Shown in pieces: positions 44,674 to 53,823 of a stretch of DNA of 64,000 nt. Positions within the stretch are counted from its first letter, which is position 1, and each line of letters opens with the position of its first letter. The DNA lies in assembly GCA_047971685.1 (NCBI GenBank), contig JBKDZW010000089.1, positions 4,488-68,487 of the forward strand, read 5' to 3'. The stretch is from Rhodoblastus sp. (GTDB taxonomy: Bacteria > Pseudomonadota > Alphaproteobacteria > Rhizobiales > Beijerinckiaceae). The notes beneath the pieces are model-generated. The model was not told where the DNA came from and searched no databases. It saw only the letters and a program-made list of their open reading frames with translations. The translations under genes were made by a program, and so were the position numbers.

Positions 44674-45909
44674 CTATCTGATGACCGATCCGGCTATGGC
44701 GGCCAGCCGGCCGCTATAGGCGGCCTCGCTGAAATGCGCGTCATAGGCGGCGCGCGAGTCGCTTTTTTCACGCTCGGCCGGCGCCGGCGCGGGCCTTGCC
44801 GCCGCCTTGCGCAAGGCCGCCGCAAACCCCTCGGCCTCATCGGCGACGACGACATTGGAAAGCGCTGCGGGATCGAGATTCATGCCGCGGAAAGCGTGTG
44901 TCGTGGCGATCAGCGGCAGGCCGCTGGCCATGGCCTCCACGCTCTTGATCGACAGGCCGGTGCCGCTGGTCGTCGGCAGCAACGCCAGCCGCGCGCCGGC
45001 GTAGATGTCGCCGATATGGTCGACGCGGCCGGCGAACCAGTCCCTGTATTTCTCATACAGCGCGGCGTCCGCCGATTTCACGCCATCGGCCACGGATCCG
45101 TAGATGCGCACGAAAACGCCCGGCGCGCGCGGCGCGACCTCGCGCAGGAACCACAGCGCGCTTTCGACATTGGCGCGGTTCCAGCTCGACACCAGCACGA
45201 TCTCGCCGCCGCCCGGCCCCGTGGGCGCAGGCGGCACGGCAGGATAGATCAATTCGTGTCGCTTTTCGGGAAGCAGCTTGCGGAAGACCTCGTCCTCCTC
45301 GGCATTGAGATGCAGGAGCGCATCGGCCTTGCGCATGGCGTCGAGTTCGCGGGCAAGCATCTGCTCGTAGCTTGCCAGCGGGCGCAGCCAGGGCAGACCC
45401 TCGTTCATCAGGACGAACTGGCGCGCCTGCACATCGTGCGTGTCCATCAAGACCGGCGCGCGCGAACCGGATGCGCCGTTGCGCGCCAGCCGCAACGCCA
45501 CGGGCATGCAGAAGAAATGGTTGCAATGAACGATGTCGAATTTATTGCCCAACAGATCGGTTGGCAGCTTTGCGCGCGAAATCATGCCGGTGCGGATGAC
45601 GGCCTGATCGCCGTGGATATAAGGCCAGAGCACGTCATGCAGGAATTTCGGCGCAAACACCGACGCCAGCGGCGCACCGACGCAATGGCGCTCCTGCGCA
45701 TCGAGTTCGGGCGTGGCTTTGGCAAATTTCTTCCAGATCCAGCCGCGATCCGGCACGAAACCCGGCTGATCGGAACAGGCGACGGCGACGACGCGCGCGC
45801 CAAGCTGCGTCCAGGCCTCGATCTGGCCGAGCACCACCTGATAGGTGCCGCAGGAATGCCAGGCCGGATGAACGATGGCGACGCTGCGCCCCGCAAACGG
45901 CGCTCTCAC
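44674..45909 (-). CDS. GT-B-fold glycosyltransferase, paralog B of a tandem pair
   Basis: A GTG start at 45909 overlaps the upstream gene's stop (GTGA). The protein begins VRAPFAGRSVAIVHPAWHSCGTYQV…. The C-terminal …TSGTGLSIKSVEAMASGLPLIAT… is a GT1/GT4-like E-x7-E-type region. It is collinear with paralog A over its whole length. The 841-aa ORF in the track is a read-through artefact. Confidence 0.8.
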   Translation of the reverse strand: MRAPFAGRSVAIVHPAWHSCGTYQVVLGQIEAWTQLGARVVAVACSDQPGFVPDRGWIWKKFAKATPELDAQERHCVGAPLASVFAPKFLHDVLWPYIHGDQAVIRTGMISRAKLPTDLLGNKFDIVHCNHFFCMPVALRLARNGASGSRAPVLMDTHDVQARQFVLMNEGLPWLRPLASYEQMLARELDAMRKADALLHLNAEEDEVFRKLLPEKRHELIYPAVPPAPTGPGGGEIVLVSSWNRANVESALWFLREVAPRAPGVFVRIYGSVADGVKSADAALYEKYRDWFAGRVDHIGDIYAGARLALLPTTSGTGLSIKSVEAMASGLPLIATTHAFRGMNLDPAALSNVVVADEAEGFAAALRKAAARPAPAPAEREKSDSRAAYDAHFSEAAYSGRLAAIAGSVIR

Positions 45910-47177
45910 AGGCGCACCAGCGGCAGAACGATGTCGCGGATTTTTCGCGCATAGGCGTCGTTGGAGAAATTCTCCTCGTAGAATTTCCGCGTGTCGCTGT
46001 TTTCGCGTGCTTTGCCCGATGCGGCGGGGTTGTTTTGCGGGCCGGCAAGCGCTGCTGCTTCGAGCGCGGCCGCAAACTCCGCCGCGCTTTCGCAGACCGA
46101 GACATTGGCGAGGCTGGCGGGGTCGACATTCATGCCGCGAAAGGCCTGCGGCGTGGCGATCAGCGGCGCGCCCGAAGACAGCGCCTCGACCGCCTTGATC
46201 GAAAGCCCGTGCCCTTCCGTGGTCGGCAGCAGGACAAGGCCGGCATTGGCGTAGACGGCGCCAATGTTGTCGACGCGGCCGAGAAAGGCATGGCGCCATT
46301 TCTCGTAAAGCGCGGGATTGCGCGCTTTCAGGGCGCCGTCGACATTGCCGGCGATCTCGACTTTCGCGCTGCGCGCGCACGGCGCGACATGTTCGAGAAA
46401 CCATTCGACGCTGAGCGTATTGGGATAATTTCCGCTCGCCACGATGGCGATATTGGCCCCGCCCGGCCCGGTCGGCGCTTCCTCGACTGCGGGGTAGACG
46501 AGTTCGTTGCGCATATCCGGCAGGAGTTGCGCGAATGTCGCCCATTCCTGCGCATTGAGGTGGACCAGCATGTCGGCCTTGCGCAAAAACTCCAGTTCGC
46601 GCGCCAGCAATTGATCGTAGGTCGCGCGCGGCGGCACGACGAAATGACCCTCGTTGCGCAGGTCGTATTGCAGGGCCTGCACGTCCTGCGTCTCGATCAC
46701 GAGCGGCGCCGTGGCCGAGAGATTGCGCGCGGCGGGAATGCAGAAAAAATGATTGCAATGGATGAGATCGATGGGGCGCAGCGCCAGTTCGTCCGGCAGG
46801 CGGGCAAATTGCGTCATCGCCGCCGTGGCGCGGGCGTGATCGCCGTGGATCAGCGGCCAGTAGAGCTGCGTCCAGAAGGCGGGTCTGGCGAAAACCGATC
46901 CCGGCATATTGGCGAAATAGCGCTCGTCGGCCGGCATGTCCCGGGTATTTTCGACATAATCGCGCCAGCGCGGGCTTTCCAGACTCGACTGGCCGGGCGG
47001 CCATTCGCGCACGGCCAGCGAGACGACATGGGCGCCGAGCCGCTTGTAGACAGCGGCCTGACTGACGTTGACCTGATAGGAGCCGCAGGAATGCCAGGCC
47101 GCATGCACGATCGCGACCGTCTTGCCTGCGAGTGGAAGCTCCTGATCTTCTTCCGTTTTTGGAATAGGCAGCGTCAA
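45906..47177 (-). CDS. GT-B-fold glycosyltransferase, paralog A of a tandem pair
   Basis: TTG start. Motifs …KTVAIVHAAWHSCGSYQV…IHCNHFFC…TEGHGLSIKAVEALSSGAPLIAT…. Confidence 0.8.
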   Translation of the reverse strand: MTLPIPKTEEDQELPLAGKTVAIVHAAWHSCGSYQVNVSQAAVYKRLGAHVVSLAVREWPPGQSSLESPRWRDYVENTRDMPADERYFANMPGSVFARPAFWTQLYWPLIHGDHARATAAMTQFARLPDELALRPIDLIHCNHFFCIPAARNLSATAPLVIETQDVQALQYDLRNEGHFVVPPRATYDQLLARELEFLRKADMLVHLNAQEWATFAQLLPDMRNELVYPAVEEAPTGPGGANIAIVASGNYPNTLSVEWFLEHVAPCARSAKVEIAGNVDGALKARNPALYEKWRHAFLGRVDNIGAVYANAGLVLLPTTEGHGLSIKAVEALSSGAPLIATPQAFRGMNVDPASLANVSVCESAAEFAAALEAAALAGPQNNPAASGKARENSDTRKFYEENFSNDAYARKIRDIVLPLVRL

Positions 47178-47275
47178 ATGGTCGTTCCTGCCGGGGCATC
47201 CCGCCTATTGTCCGGGCAGCTATTGTCTTGGCGGCCCCGGATATGGGACAAGGCGCGCGCGGACCCGGGAAGCCA

Positions 47276-48160
47276 ATGGGATCGGCGGGTCTTCATAAGG
47301 ATTATTTCGTGTCGAATCCAGAGCAAACGGCCAACGCCCCCAAACGCGGCATGGCCATTGTCGCAAACGACAGGATCGCGGAATGGCTCCTGCCCTTTCT
47401 GGAGAGCTGGAAGCGCGCCAATGCGCATATTCCGCTCTATCTCATCCCCTATGACGACAATCTGACCGTCACCCGCCGCGCCGCAAAGACCTATGGCGTG
47501 ACCATGGTGGAAGAGGTCGACAAGCGCATCGACCGGCTGGCGGCCGATCTCTATCCGCTTTTTCCCGGCCATCGCCGCCGCCTGCGCAAGCTGCAATCGC
47601 TGGCGCTGCCGCTCGACGAGGTGATCTATATCGACGTCGATATCGTGCTGTTCCGCGATTTCGCGCCGATGTTCGGCCTTCTGAAGAAGGACGAGACGGA
47701 ATTCATCGTGGCCTCGCCGTCCTTTGAATATGTCTACAACAAGAAGAAGGACGATTATCCAGACCTCAAGGACGCGCTGTTGTTCAACGACGGCTATTTC
47801 GTCACGTCCAGCAAGTTTCTCAATCTCGACATGTTCGTCGAGACCATGGCGCGCGATGCGAAACTGTTCCACAAGGTGCGCAAGCGCGGCATGCTGTTTG
47901 CCCAGCCCGTGGTGAATTTCACCTGCCACCGCAACGCCGTGAACATCCGCCTGATGTCCGACCTCATCGAAAACGCCTCGCACGAGACCTTCTACAAGGC
48001 GCAAGGCGTCACGTTCAAAGATGGCGCGCCGCTGGATTTCCAGGGCAAGGAAATCTACTTCTGTCACTGGGCGGGCCTGCAAAGCACACCCGGCAAACTC
48101 GCCTTCGACGACGCCTGGCGGGAGTTTTCGGATGCAGCCTGGGCGAAGGTCGGGCGGTAG
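47276..48160 (+). CDS. Hypothetical protein, possibly a GT-A/GT8-like nucleotide-sugar transferase
   Basis: ORF 47228..48160. I prefer the ATG at 47276, which is preceded by GGGAAG. DxD-like motif VIYIDVDIVLF, then …LFNDGYFV…. The family assignment is weak. Confidence 0.5.
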   Translation: MGSAGLHKDYFVSNPEQTANAPKRGMAIVANDRIAEWLLPFLESWKRANAHIPLYLIPYDDNLTVTRRAAKTYGVTMVEEVDKRIDRLAADLYPLFPGHRRRLRKLQSLALPLDEVIYIDVDIVLFRDFAPMFGLLKKDETEFIVASPSFEYVYNKKKDDYPDLKDALLFNDGYFVTSSKFLNLDMFVETMARDAKLFHKVRKRGMLFAQPVVNFTCHRNAVNIRLMSDLIENASHETFYKAQGVTFKDGAPLDFQGKEIYFCHWAGLQSTPGKLAFDDAWREFSDAAWAKVGR

Positions 48161-48172
48161 CAAACGGCGGAC

Positions 48173-49324
48173 ATGAACCAGACGCCGAAAATCCTTTCGA
48201 TCTATCTCGGCAAGCGCGTGCTGCTGGCAACGCTCGTCGTGCAGGTCGCGCTGACCATTCCGGTCGTGCTGTCGGCTCTGTTCCATCAATTGCCGCCGGC
48301 GGCGCTGCGTGGCGGCCTACTCGGCCCCGCGCTCGTCGGCACCTTGCCGACCGTCACCTATATCGCGCTGCCGATTTCGGTCGGCGTCGCCGCAGCGCTT
48401 GAATTTTCGCGCATGTCGTCCGAAGGCATGGTGGCGGTGCTCTATTCGCTGCGCCTGTCGGCCTGGTCGATTGCGCGTCCCGCCATCGTCTGCGCGCTCG
48501 GGGCGACCGCCGTCGGCTATCTGTGCTCTTGCTGGCTGGCGCCGCGCTATGTCGGCTCCATGCACGACGTGCTGAACGTCATCCGCCACTCGCTCAACCA
48601 TCGCATGCTCGAGGCCGGCCAGTTCTATTCCTTCGACGAGGGCCGGCGCATCGTCTTTTTCGAGCGCTGGGAGACCCCCGACATAGCCGCCAAGGTGTTC
48701 ATCCGGCAGCGCTCGCCGGAAAAGAAGGTCGAGGAGACGATCACGGCCGATCGCGCGGAATTCCGCCGCAACGATTTCAATGTCGTGATGATCCTGACCC
48801 ACGGGCAGATCCAGAGCCGCCCCGACGACGGGCGGCGCGTACGCGTGTCCGATTTCGACGAATACGCGATTTCGCTGCCCATGCAGGGCGCCAAGGCGCT
48901 GCCCTCGCGCTCCTGGAAGGGCGTGTTCGAGCTGAGCATGCCGGATTTCTTCGCCTATATGAAATACGCCATGGTCGACCGCCGCAATTTTGCGGAATGG
49001 GCGTCGGAGGCCGTCAAAAGGCTGGTGATTCCGGCGCTGGCGCTCGCCCATACGCTGCTGGGCGTCGGGCTGGTGCTCAATGTCGCCAGCGCAACCGGGC
49101 GGCGCTCGGCCGCCGGCGGGGCAGCGGTCGCCGCGCTGCCGGTCGTCCATATCGCCATTCTGGTGGCCGCCGAAACGCTGATCCGCGCCAATCCGGCGCT
49201 GGCGATCCTCGTCATCGGCCTGGCGCTTGCCGAAATCGCTTGCGGCATATGGCTCATCCAGCGCCAGCAGGTCGGCGATGCGCGCCGGGCGCCGCAAATT
49301 GCGCCGGTGCTTGCGGGGGCGTGA
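48173..49324 (+). CDS. LptF/LptG (YjgP/YjgQ) family permease, orphan copy
   Basis: N-terminal pattern …ILSIYLGKRVLLATLVVQVAL…. Also …EGMVAVLYSLRLSAWSIARPAIVCAL…. A periplasmic-sized middle region is followed by three C-terminal TM segments. It begins 12 nt after the preceding gene. Confidence 0.72.
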   Translation: MNQTPKILSIYLGKRVLLATLVVQVALTIPVVLSALFHQLPPAALRGGLLGPALVGTLPTVTYIALPISVGVAAALEFSRMSSEGMVAVLYSLRLSAWSIARPAIVCALGATAVGYLCSCWLAPRYVGSMHDVLNVIRHSLNHRMLEAGQFYSFDEGRRIVFFERWETPDIAAKVFIRQRSPEKKVEETITADRAEFRRNDFNVVMILTHGQIQSRPDDGRRVRVSDFDEYAISLPMQGAKALPSRSWKGVFELSMPDFFAYMKYAMVDRRNFAEWASEAVKRLVIPALALAHTLLGVGLVLNVASATGRRSAAGGAAVAALPVVHIAILVAAETLIRANPALAILVIGLALAEIACGIWLIQRQQVGDARRAPQIAPVLAGA

Positions 49325-49399
49325 ACCTGACCCCGGACCTTCAGGCTTTGCGGCCCGTTCGCGCGGCCTGTTCCGCCCAGGCCAGCGGCTTTTGCGGGA

Positions 49400-50200
49400 T
49401 CAGGCCGCCTGCCCGCCACCGACGACGCCAGCGGCCTCGTCTTCCTCGTCCTTGCGGACTGCGGCCTTGTAGGCGGGGATGATGTCGTCGGGATGGCCCA
49501 CTTCGCGCACCACGCCGGCGTCGATCCAGATCACGCGGTCGCAAAGCGTGCGCAGATAGTCGAGCCCGTGCGAAACGACCAGAATCGTGCCGCGCTTGGA
49601 AAATTCGGCGATGAAATTCTCGCATTTCTGCGCGAAAGCCTCGTCGCCGACCGAAAGCGCCTCGTCGACGATCAGAATGTCGGCGTCGACATGGGCGCAG
49701 ATGGCGAAGGCAAGCCGCGCGATCATGCCGCTCGAATAGAGCTTCATCGGCTGATCGAAAAACATGCCGATCTCGGCGAAATCGGCGATCTGATCGAGCT
49801 TGGCGACGATCTCGCGACGCGAGAGCCCCAGGACCGCGCCGCCGATGATCGCATTTTCGCGGCCGGACAATGTGGCGTCGAAGCCCGAGCCAAGCGCCAG
49901 GATAGGCGCAATGCGGCCGCGGATTTCGACCGTGCCGGTGGTCGGGCGCGTGATGCCGCACAGGATCTGGAGAAGCGTCGTCTTGCCCGCGCCGTTGCGG
50001 CCGATGATGCCGACGCATTCGCCCTTCCTGATATCGAAGGTGATATCGCGCAGCACCCAATGCTTTCTGTAATAGGTCTTGGCCCAGCCAAACAGCGCCT
50101 GCATCAACTGGTCGTTGCGGCGCAGGTAGAGCTGGAAGGCCTTGCCTGCGTTGCGGCAGGAAATCGCCAGTTCGGAAGACATCGGGCGATCAGAGGACAT
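49400..50200 (-). CDS. ABC transporter ATP-binding protein (Wzt/KpsT/TagH-like polysaccharide/lipid export type)
   Basis: Walker A GRNGAGKTT. Signature YSSGMIARL. Walker B ILIVDEAL. The N-terminus …LFGWAKTYYRKHWVLRDITFDI… is typical of ABC-2 exporters. An alternative start lies at 50182. Confidence 0.9.
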   Translation of the reverse strand: MSSDRPMSSELAISCRNAGKAFQLYLRRNDQLMQALFGWAKTYYRKHWVLRDITFDIRKGECVGIIGRNGAGKTTLLQILCGITRPTTGTVEIRGRIAPILALGSGFDATLSGRENAIIGGAVLGLSRREIVAKLDQIADFAEIGMFFDQPMKLYSSGMIARLAFAICAHVDADILIVDEALSVGDEAFAQKCENFIAEFSKRGTILVVSHGLDYLRTLCDRVIWIDAGVVREVGHPDDIIPAYKAAVRKDEEDEAAGVVGGGQAA

Positions 50201-51023
50201 CGACGATCACCGATTTGTATTCCTTGAAGAAACCGTAGCCGAACAGAAAGACAGCGTAAGAGGCCACGAAGCACGCCAGATACATCCACGGATCGGGAAA
50301 GCGCTCGTAGATCACAAGATCGCGCAGCATGGCGATGTAATCGCCTACCAGGTTGAGCTTGATCCAGGGTTGCAGATTGGCCGGCAATTGTTCGATCTGG
50401 AAGAAAACCGGCGTGGCGAACATCATCAGCGGCACGATCGAAACCATGAGATGGGCGACGTCGCGGGTAAAAGCGCCCAGCGCCATCAGGAACCAGACGG
50501 TGCCGAGCATCAAAAGCATGAACGGCAGGATGATGAGGGGTACGAAAATCACCTTCCACGAAATGAAGTGGACGGTGGCCAGCCGCACGGCGAGCAGCGT
50601 GGCGAAGCTGATCGCGCCATAGACGAGCGCGCGGATGGTGGAGGTCCAGGCGATCGTCTCGGACGGAAAGATCGACTTCTTGATGAAATGGACGTGCTCG
50701 TGCAGCAGCGTGGGCGAGCGCGCCGCCAGTTCCGCGAACACGTTGAACAGGATGAGGCCGCAAAAACTTGCCGCTGCATAATCGTAGATCGGCACGCCGG
50801 CTGCGACCGTCGGCGTCGCAATGGTGAAGATCGCAGTATAGACCAGCAGCATGGCGAGCGGCGCGAAGATCGCCCAGATCCAGCCCAGGAAGGAATCGCG
50901 GAACCGCGAGGTCAGTTCGCGCCGCACGACCGCGCGGATCAGCTCCCGGTGGTGCCAGGCCCGCTCGAACGGCTCAGTCAGGAATATCGGCAAGTCCTGG
51001 ATTTTCAACGCTGTGATTTCCAA
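50190..51023 (-). CDS. ABC-2-type transporter permease (Wzm/KpsM-like)
   Basis: TTG start. …HRELIRAVVRRELTSRFRDSFLGWIWAIFAPL… matches the ABC-2 N-terminal signature. Six predicted TM segments. Confidence 0.87.
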   Translation of the reverse strand: MEITALKIQDLPIFLTEPFERAWHHRELIRAVVRRELTSRFRDSFLGWIWAIFAPLAMLLVYTAIFTIATPTVAAGVPIYDYAAASFCGLILFNVFAELAARSPTLLHEHVHFIKKSIFPSETIAWTSTIRALVYGAISFATLLAVRLATVHFISWKVIFVPLIILPFMLLMLGTVWFLMALGAFTRDVAHLMVSIVPLMMFATPVFFQIEQLPANLQPWIKLNLVGDYIAMLRDLVIYERFPDPWMYLACFVASYAVFLFGYGFFKEYKSVIVDVL

Positions 51024-51080
51024 ATATCAGAAAGCTCGGATCGTGCGGCCGGGAACGCGGGGATTTGCAGAAACGTCCGC

Positions 51081-51143
51081 AGACGCCGTCCTTGCGGCAT
51101 GGAGCGCCGTCCTTGCGGCAAGAAGCGCCGTCCTTGCGGCATC
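51081..51143. repeat. 21-bp tandem repeat, 3 copies, in the divergent promoter region between the ABC-2 exporter and the ACP operon
   Basis: (a/g)(g/a)(a/g)CGCCGTCCTTGCGGCA-- units at 51081-51101, 51102-51122 and 51123-51143. Confidence 0.9.
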
Positions 51144-51504
51144 GCCTTGACGGCGCGGTCTTTTCGGATCGACCAAAATATCCGCCTCAGGCCCGAATTC
51201 ACCTTTTCCCCGGCGTCCGTCGCACATGCGCGACAACGCCGCGGCCCCCGACCCCGCGCTGTAGACCAGTTCCGGCGGGCTTCGTCAACGTCCGGCGGGC
51301 CGGGCTGCGGGCCGGACTGCCGGCGTTGAGAGGCGAGTTTGCCGTCAGGGGCTTTATTTCCGGGCGCGACTGCCTTAACGAAGGCCAGCGCGAACCGCCC
51401 GGTTGCGGTCGCCGAGCGTTCGGGCGGGCCCGGCCGCTGATATTCACGTCCGACCCGGCGCCAGGCGGCCGGGCGGTCCGAAACCCGAGAAATGGGGACG
51501 CCCC

Positions 51505-51774
51505 GTGGACTCTGTTGCGCAAGGCGATGAATTCTACGCCCAGATCATTGAAGTGATTTCGAAAGAGGGCATGGTCGAGGCCGACAAGGTCAAGCCCGAA
51601 GCCACAATCGAAAGTCTCGATCTCAAGTCTATCGACATCGTCATGATTCTGACGGCGATCGAGGAAAAATTCGACGTCTACATTCCCATGGACGGGGCCT
51701 TTCAGGAGGCCAAGACCGTTCAGGATCTGATCGACGCGCTGGCGACCCATATCAACAAAGAGAAGAAAAACTGA
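51505..51774 (+). CDS. Acyl carrier protein (dedicated, non-housekeeping type)
   Basis: PP-binding pattern …IESLDLKSIDIVMILTAIEEKFDVYIP…, with Ser in the LKS position of the usual D-S-L motif. GTG start chosen at 51505 because there is no in-frame ATG. The stop is directly followed by the KAS ATG (TGAATG). Confidence 0.72.
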   Translation: MDSVAQGDEFYAQIIEVISKEGMVEADKVKPEATIESLDLKSIDIVMILTAIEEKFDVYIPMDGAFQEAKTVQDLIDALATHINKEKKN

Positions 51775-52992
51775 ATGACGCAGGGCCGTCGGGTCGTCAT
51801 CACCGGCATGGGCGCCGTCTCCGGCGCCGGCGTCGGATGGAAGCCGCTGTGGAACGCCGCCCGCGAGGGCGCGAGCGTGGTCCGCGCGCTTGAATTTGCG
51901 CGCGATTATCCCGGCCGCATTCGCATCGGCGCGCAGGTTCCCGATTTCGATGCGGCCAAGCTGATCGAGCGCTCCACGCTGATGTATTGCGATCCCTTCA
52001 CGCAATACGCGATTGTGGCCGCCGATCAGGCGGTGGCCGAAGCCGGTTTCGACAACAAAAATGTCGGCGGCGCCGATTGCGCGGTCATTCTGGGGTCGGG
52101 CATTGGCGGCATCCGCACCGTCGACGACGGTCTCTTCGCGCTCTACGCAAAGGGCGTGAAGCCGGAACCGCTGAGCATTCCCAAGCTGATCGCCAGCGCC
52201 GGCCCCTCGATGCTGTCCATCCGCTACGACGCGCACGGGCCGGTGTTTGCGGTGGCCAGCGCGTGTTCCTCCGCAAATCAGGCGATCGGCATGGGCATGC
52301 ACATGGTGCGCTCCGGCATGGCCGAGCGCGCCATTGTCGGCGGCGCCGAGGCGAGCCTTTCGGTCGGCACCCAGATGACCTGGGAAATGCTGCGTGTGCT
52401 GACGCCGGACAAATGCCGCCCCTTCTCCAAGGGCCGCAACGGCATGAGCATCGGCGACGGCGCGGCCATGTTCGTTCTGGAAACCGAGGAGGCGGCGATG
52501 GCGCGCGGCGCGCCGATCCTGTGCCGCCTCGTGGGCTACGGCACTTCGGCGGACGCGCGCGACCCGATCCGCCCCGACGCGGACGGCGCCTCGCTCGCCA
52601 TGCGCCGCGCCATCGCGGACGCCGATATTCCCGCCGACACGATCCAGTACGTCAATGCGCACGGCACGGCGACCGCGCTCAACGATCCCACGGAAGCCGA
52701 GGCCATGGGCCGCATTTTCGGCGACAGGCTGGCCGAGGTCGCGGTCTCCTCGACCAAGCCGGTGCACGGCCATGCGCTGGGAGCTGCCGGCGCGCTGGAG
52801 CTGGTCTGCACCATCATGGCGATGCGCGAAAACATTGCGCCGCCGACGATCAATTTCCTCGAACCCGACCCCAAATGCCCTGTGGATTGCGTGCCCAACC
52901 AGGCGCGCGCCATGACGATCCGCACGGCCATGACCAATTCCTTCGCCTTTGGCGGCGTGAACGCCTCGCTCGTCCTCCAGGCGGCGGACTGA
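51775..52992 (+). CDS. Beta-ketoacyl-ACP synthase (KAS I/II, FabF-like)
   Basis: …RRVVITGMGAVSG…. Active-site Cys context AVASACSSANQAIG. His motifs NAHGTAT and …KPVHGHALGAAG…. 405 aa. Confidence 0.92.
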   Translation: MTQGRRVVITGMGAVSGAGVGWKPLWNAAREGASVVRALEFARDYPGRIRIGAQVPDFDAAKLIERSTLMYCDPFTQYAIVAADQAVAEAGFDNKNVGGADCAVILGSGIGGIRTVDDGLFALYAKGVKPEPLSIPKLIASAGPSMLSIRYDAHGPVFAVASACSSANQAIGMGMHMVRSGMAERAIVGGAEASLSVGTQMTWEMLRVLTPDKCRPFSKGRNGMSIGDGAAMFVLETEEAAMARGAPILCRLVGYGTSADARDPIRPDADGASLAMRRAIADADIPADTIQYVNAHGTATALNDPTEAEAMGRIFGDRLAEVAVSSTKPVHGHALGAAGALELVCTIMAMRENIAPPTINFLEPDPKCPVDCVPNQARAMTIRTAMTNSFAFGGVNASLVLQAAD

Positions 52993-52999
52993 GGGCGTC

Positions 53000-53422
53000 A
53001 TGGGCGTGGAGAGGCCGCTCGGGCCGCAGGAAACGGCCCTCGGTCCGTTCGAGGCTCTGGCCGATCCCGCCGCCATCGCCGCATTCAAGGCGGCGCTTGA
53101 CGCCCCGGGCGCGGTTCTTGACGCATCCGGCGCCGAAATTCCGGCGACTTTCCCGATTGTCTGGCTCTCTCTCCCCGCGCTCAAGACGGCGCTGCGCGAA
53201 GCCGCCGGCGCCGGCCACCTGCCGGTCCACGAATCCCAGTCCTTCGATTATGCGCAGCCGCTCGTTTCCGGCGCCGCCTATCGTATGAGCGTTGCGGCGC
53301 AACGCGAGAACGCCCCCCCGCGCCTCGTGGTCGAGGCTAAGGTCGCAGACGCCTCCGGCGCGAAAATCGTGACCATGCGCGCTGCGCTGCGGCTCGTTCC
53401 GCTGGCGGAGGGCGGCGCATGA
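53000..53422 (+). CDS. Hotdog-fold protein, MaoC_dehydrat_N / HadA-like (non-catalytic dehydratase subunit candidate)
   Basis: 140 aa, with pattern …PATFPIVW…ESQSFDYAQPLVSGAAY…RLVVEAKVADASG…. 4-nt overlap with the following MaoC gene. The assignment is by fold-like pattern and context. Confidence 0.6.
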   Translation: MGVERPLGPQETALGPFEALADPAAIAAFKAALDAPGAVLDASGAEIPATFPIVWLSLPALKTALREAAGAGHLPVHESQSFDYAQPLVSGAAYRMSVAAQRENAPPRLVVEAKVADASGAKIVTMRAALRLVPLAEGGA

Positions 53423-53823
53423 AACTTCCGGTTTCGCGCGGCGACACGATGCCGGAAACCATTGTCGGCCCGTTCGACGCGGCTGCGGTCGCAGCCTATG
53501 CGGCCGCCTCCGGCGACGACAATCCCTTGCATCTCGACGCTGCGCTTGCCGCCCGCGCAGGATTTGCCGCTCCGCCAGTCCATGGCATGCGGCTGATGGC
53601 CGAAATCGCGCCTGCGCTTGCCGCCTGGCGGCCGGACATGGCGCTCAAGCGCCTGTCGGCCACTTTCGTCGAGCCGTTGCTGGTCGGCGAGGAGGCGCGT
53701 CTTACGGCCCGCGTTCTTCGCGCGGAAGGCGACGTTCTGATGCGCATCGCCATCCAGGGGCCGCGTCGCGGTCCAAGCGTTCTGGCGGAAGCCGTTCTGG
53801 TTGCAAGGGCGGGCGCGTCATGA
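53419..53823 (+). CDS. MaoC-like (R)-specific hydratase/dehydratase (HadB-like catalytic subunit candidate)
   Basis: Hydratase-2 type motif …ASGDDNPLHLDAALAARAGFAAPPVHGM…. 134 aa. ATGA overlaps on both sides. Confidence 0.8.
   Translation: MKLPVSRGDTMPETIVGPFDAAAVAAYAAASGDDNPLHLDAALAARAGFAAPPVHGMRLMAEIAPALAAWRPDMALKRLSATFVEPLLVGEEARLTARVLRAEGDVLMRIAIQGPRRGPSVLAEAVLVARAGAS

Noticed and set aside
44674-47199. A single 841-aa ORF spanning both glycosyltransferase genes.
   Set aside because: The N-terminal ~430 aa are an R/A/P-rich out-of-frame read of the upstream paralog. The genuine protein begins at the GTG at 45909, which overlaps the upstream stop. The same logic was applied to ORFs 53801-55786 (real start TTG 54614), 37914-39398 (bioB start 38385) and 13863-15854 (start 14040).
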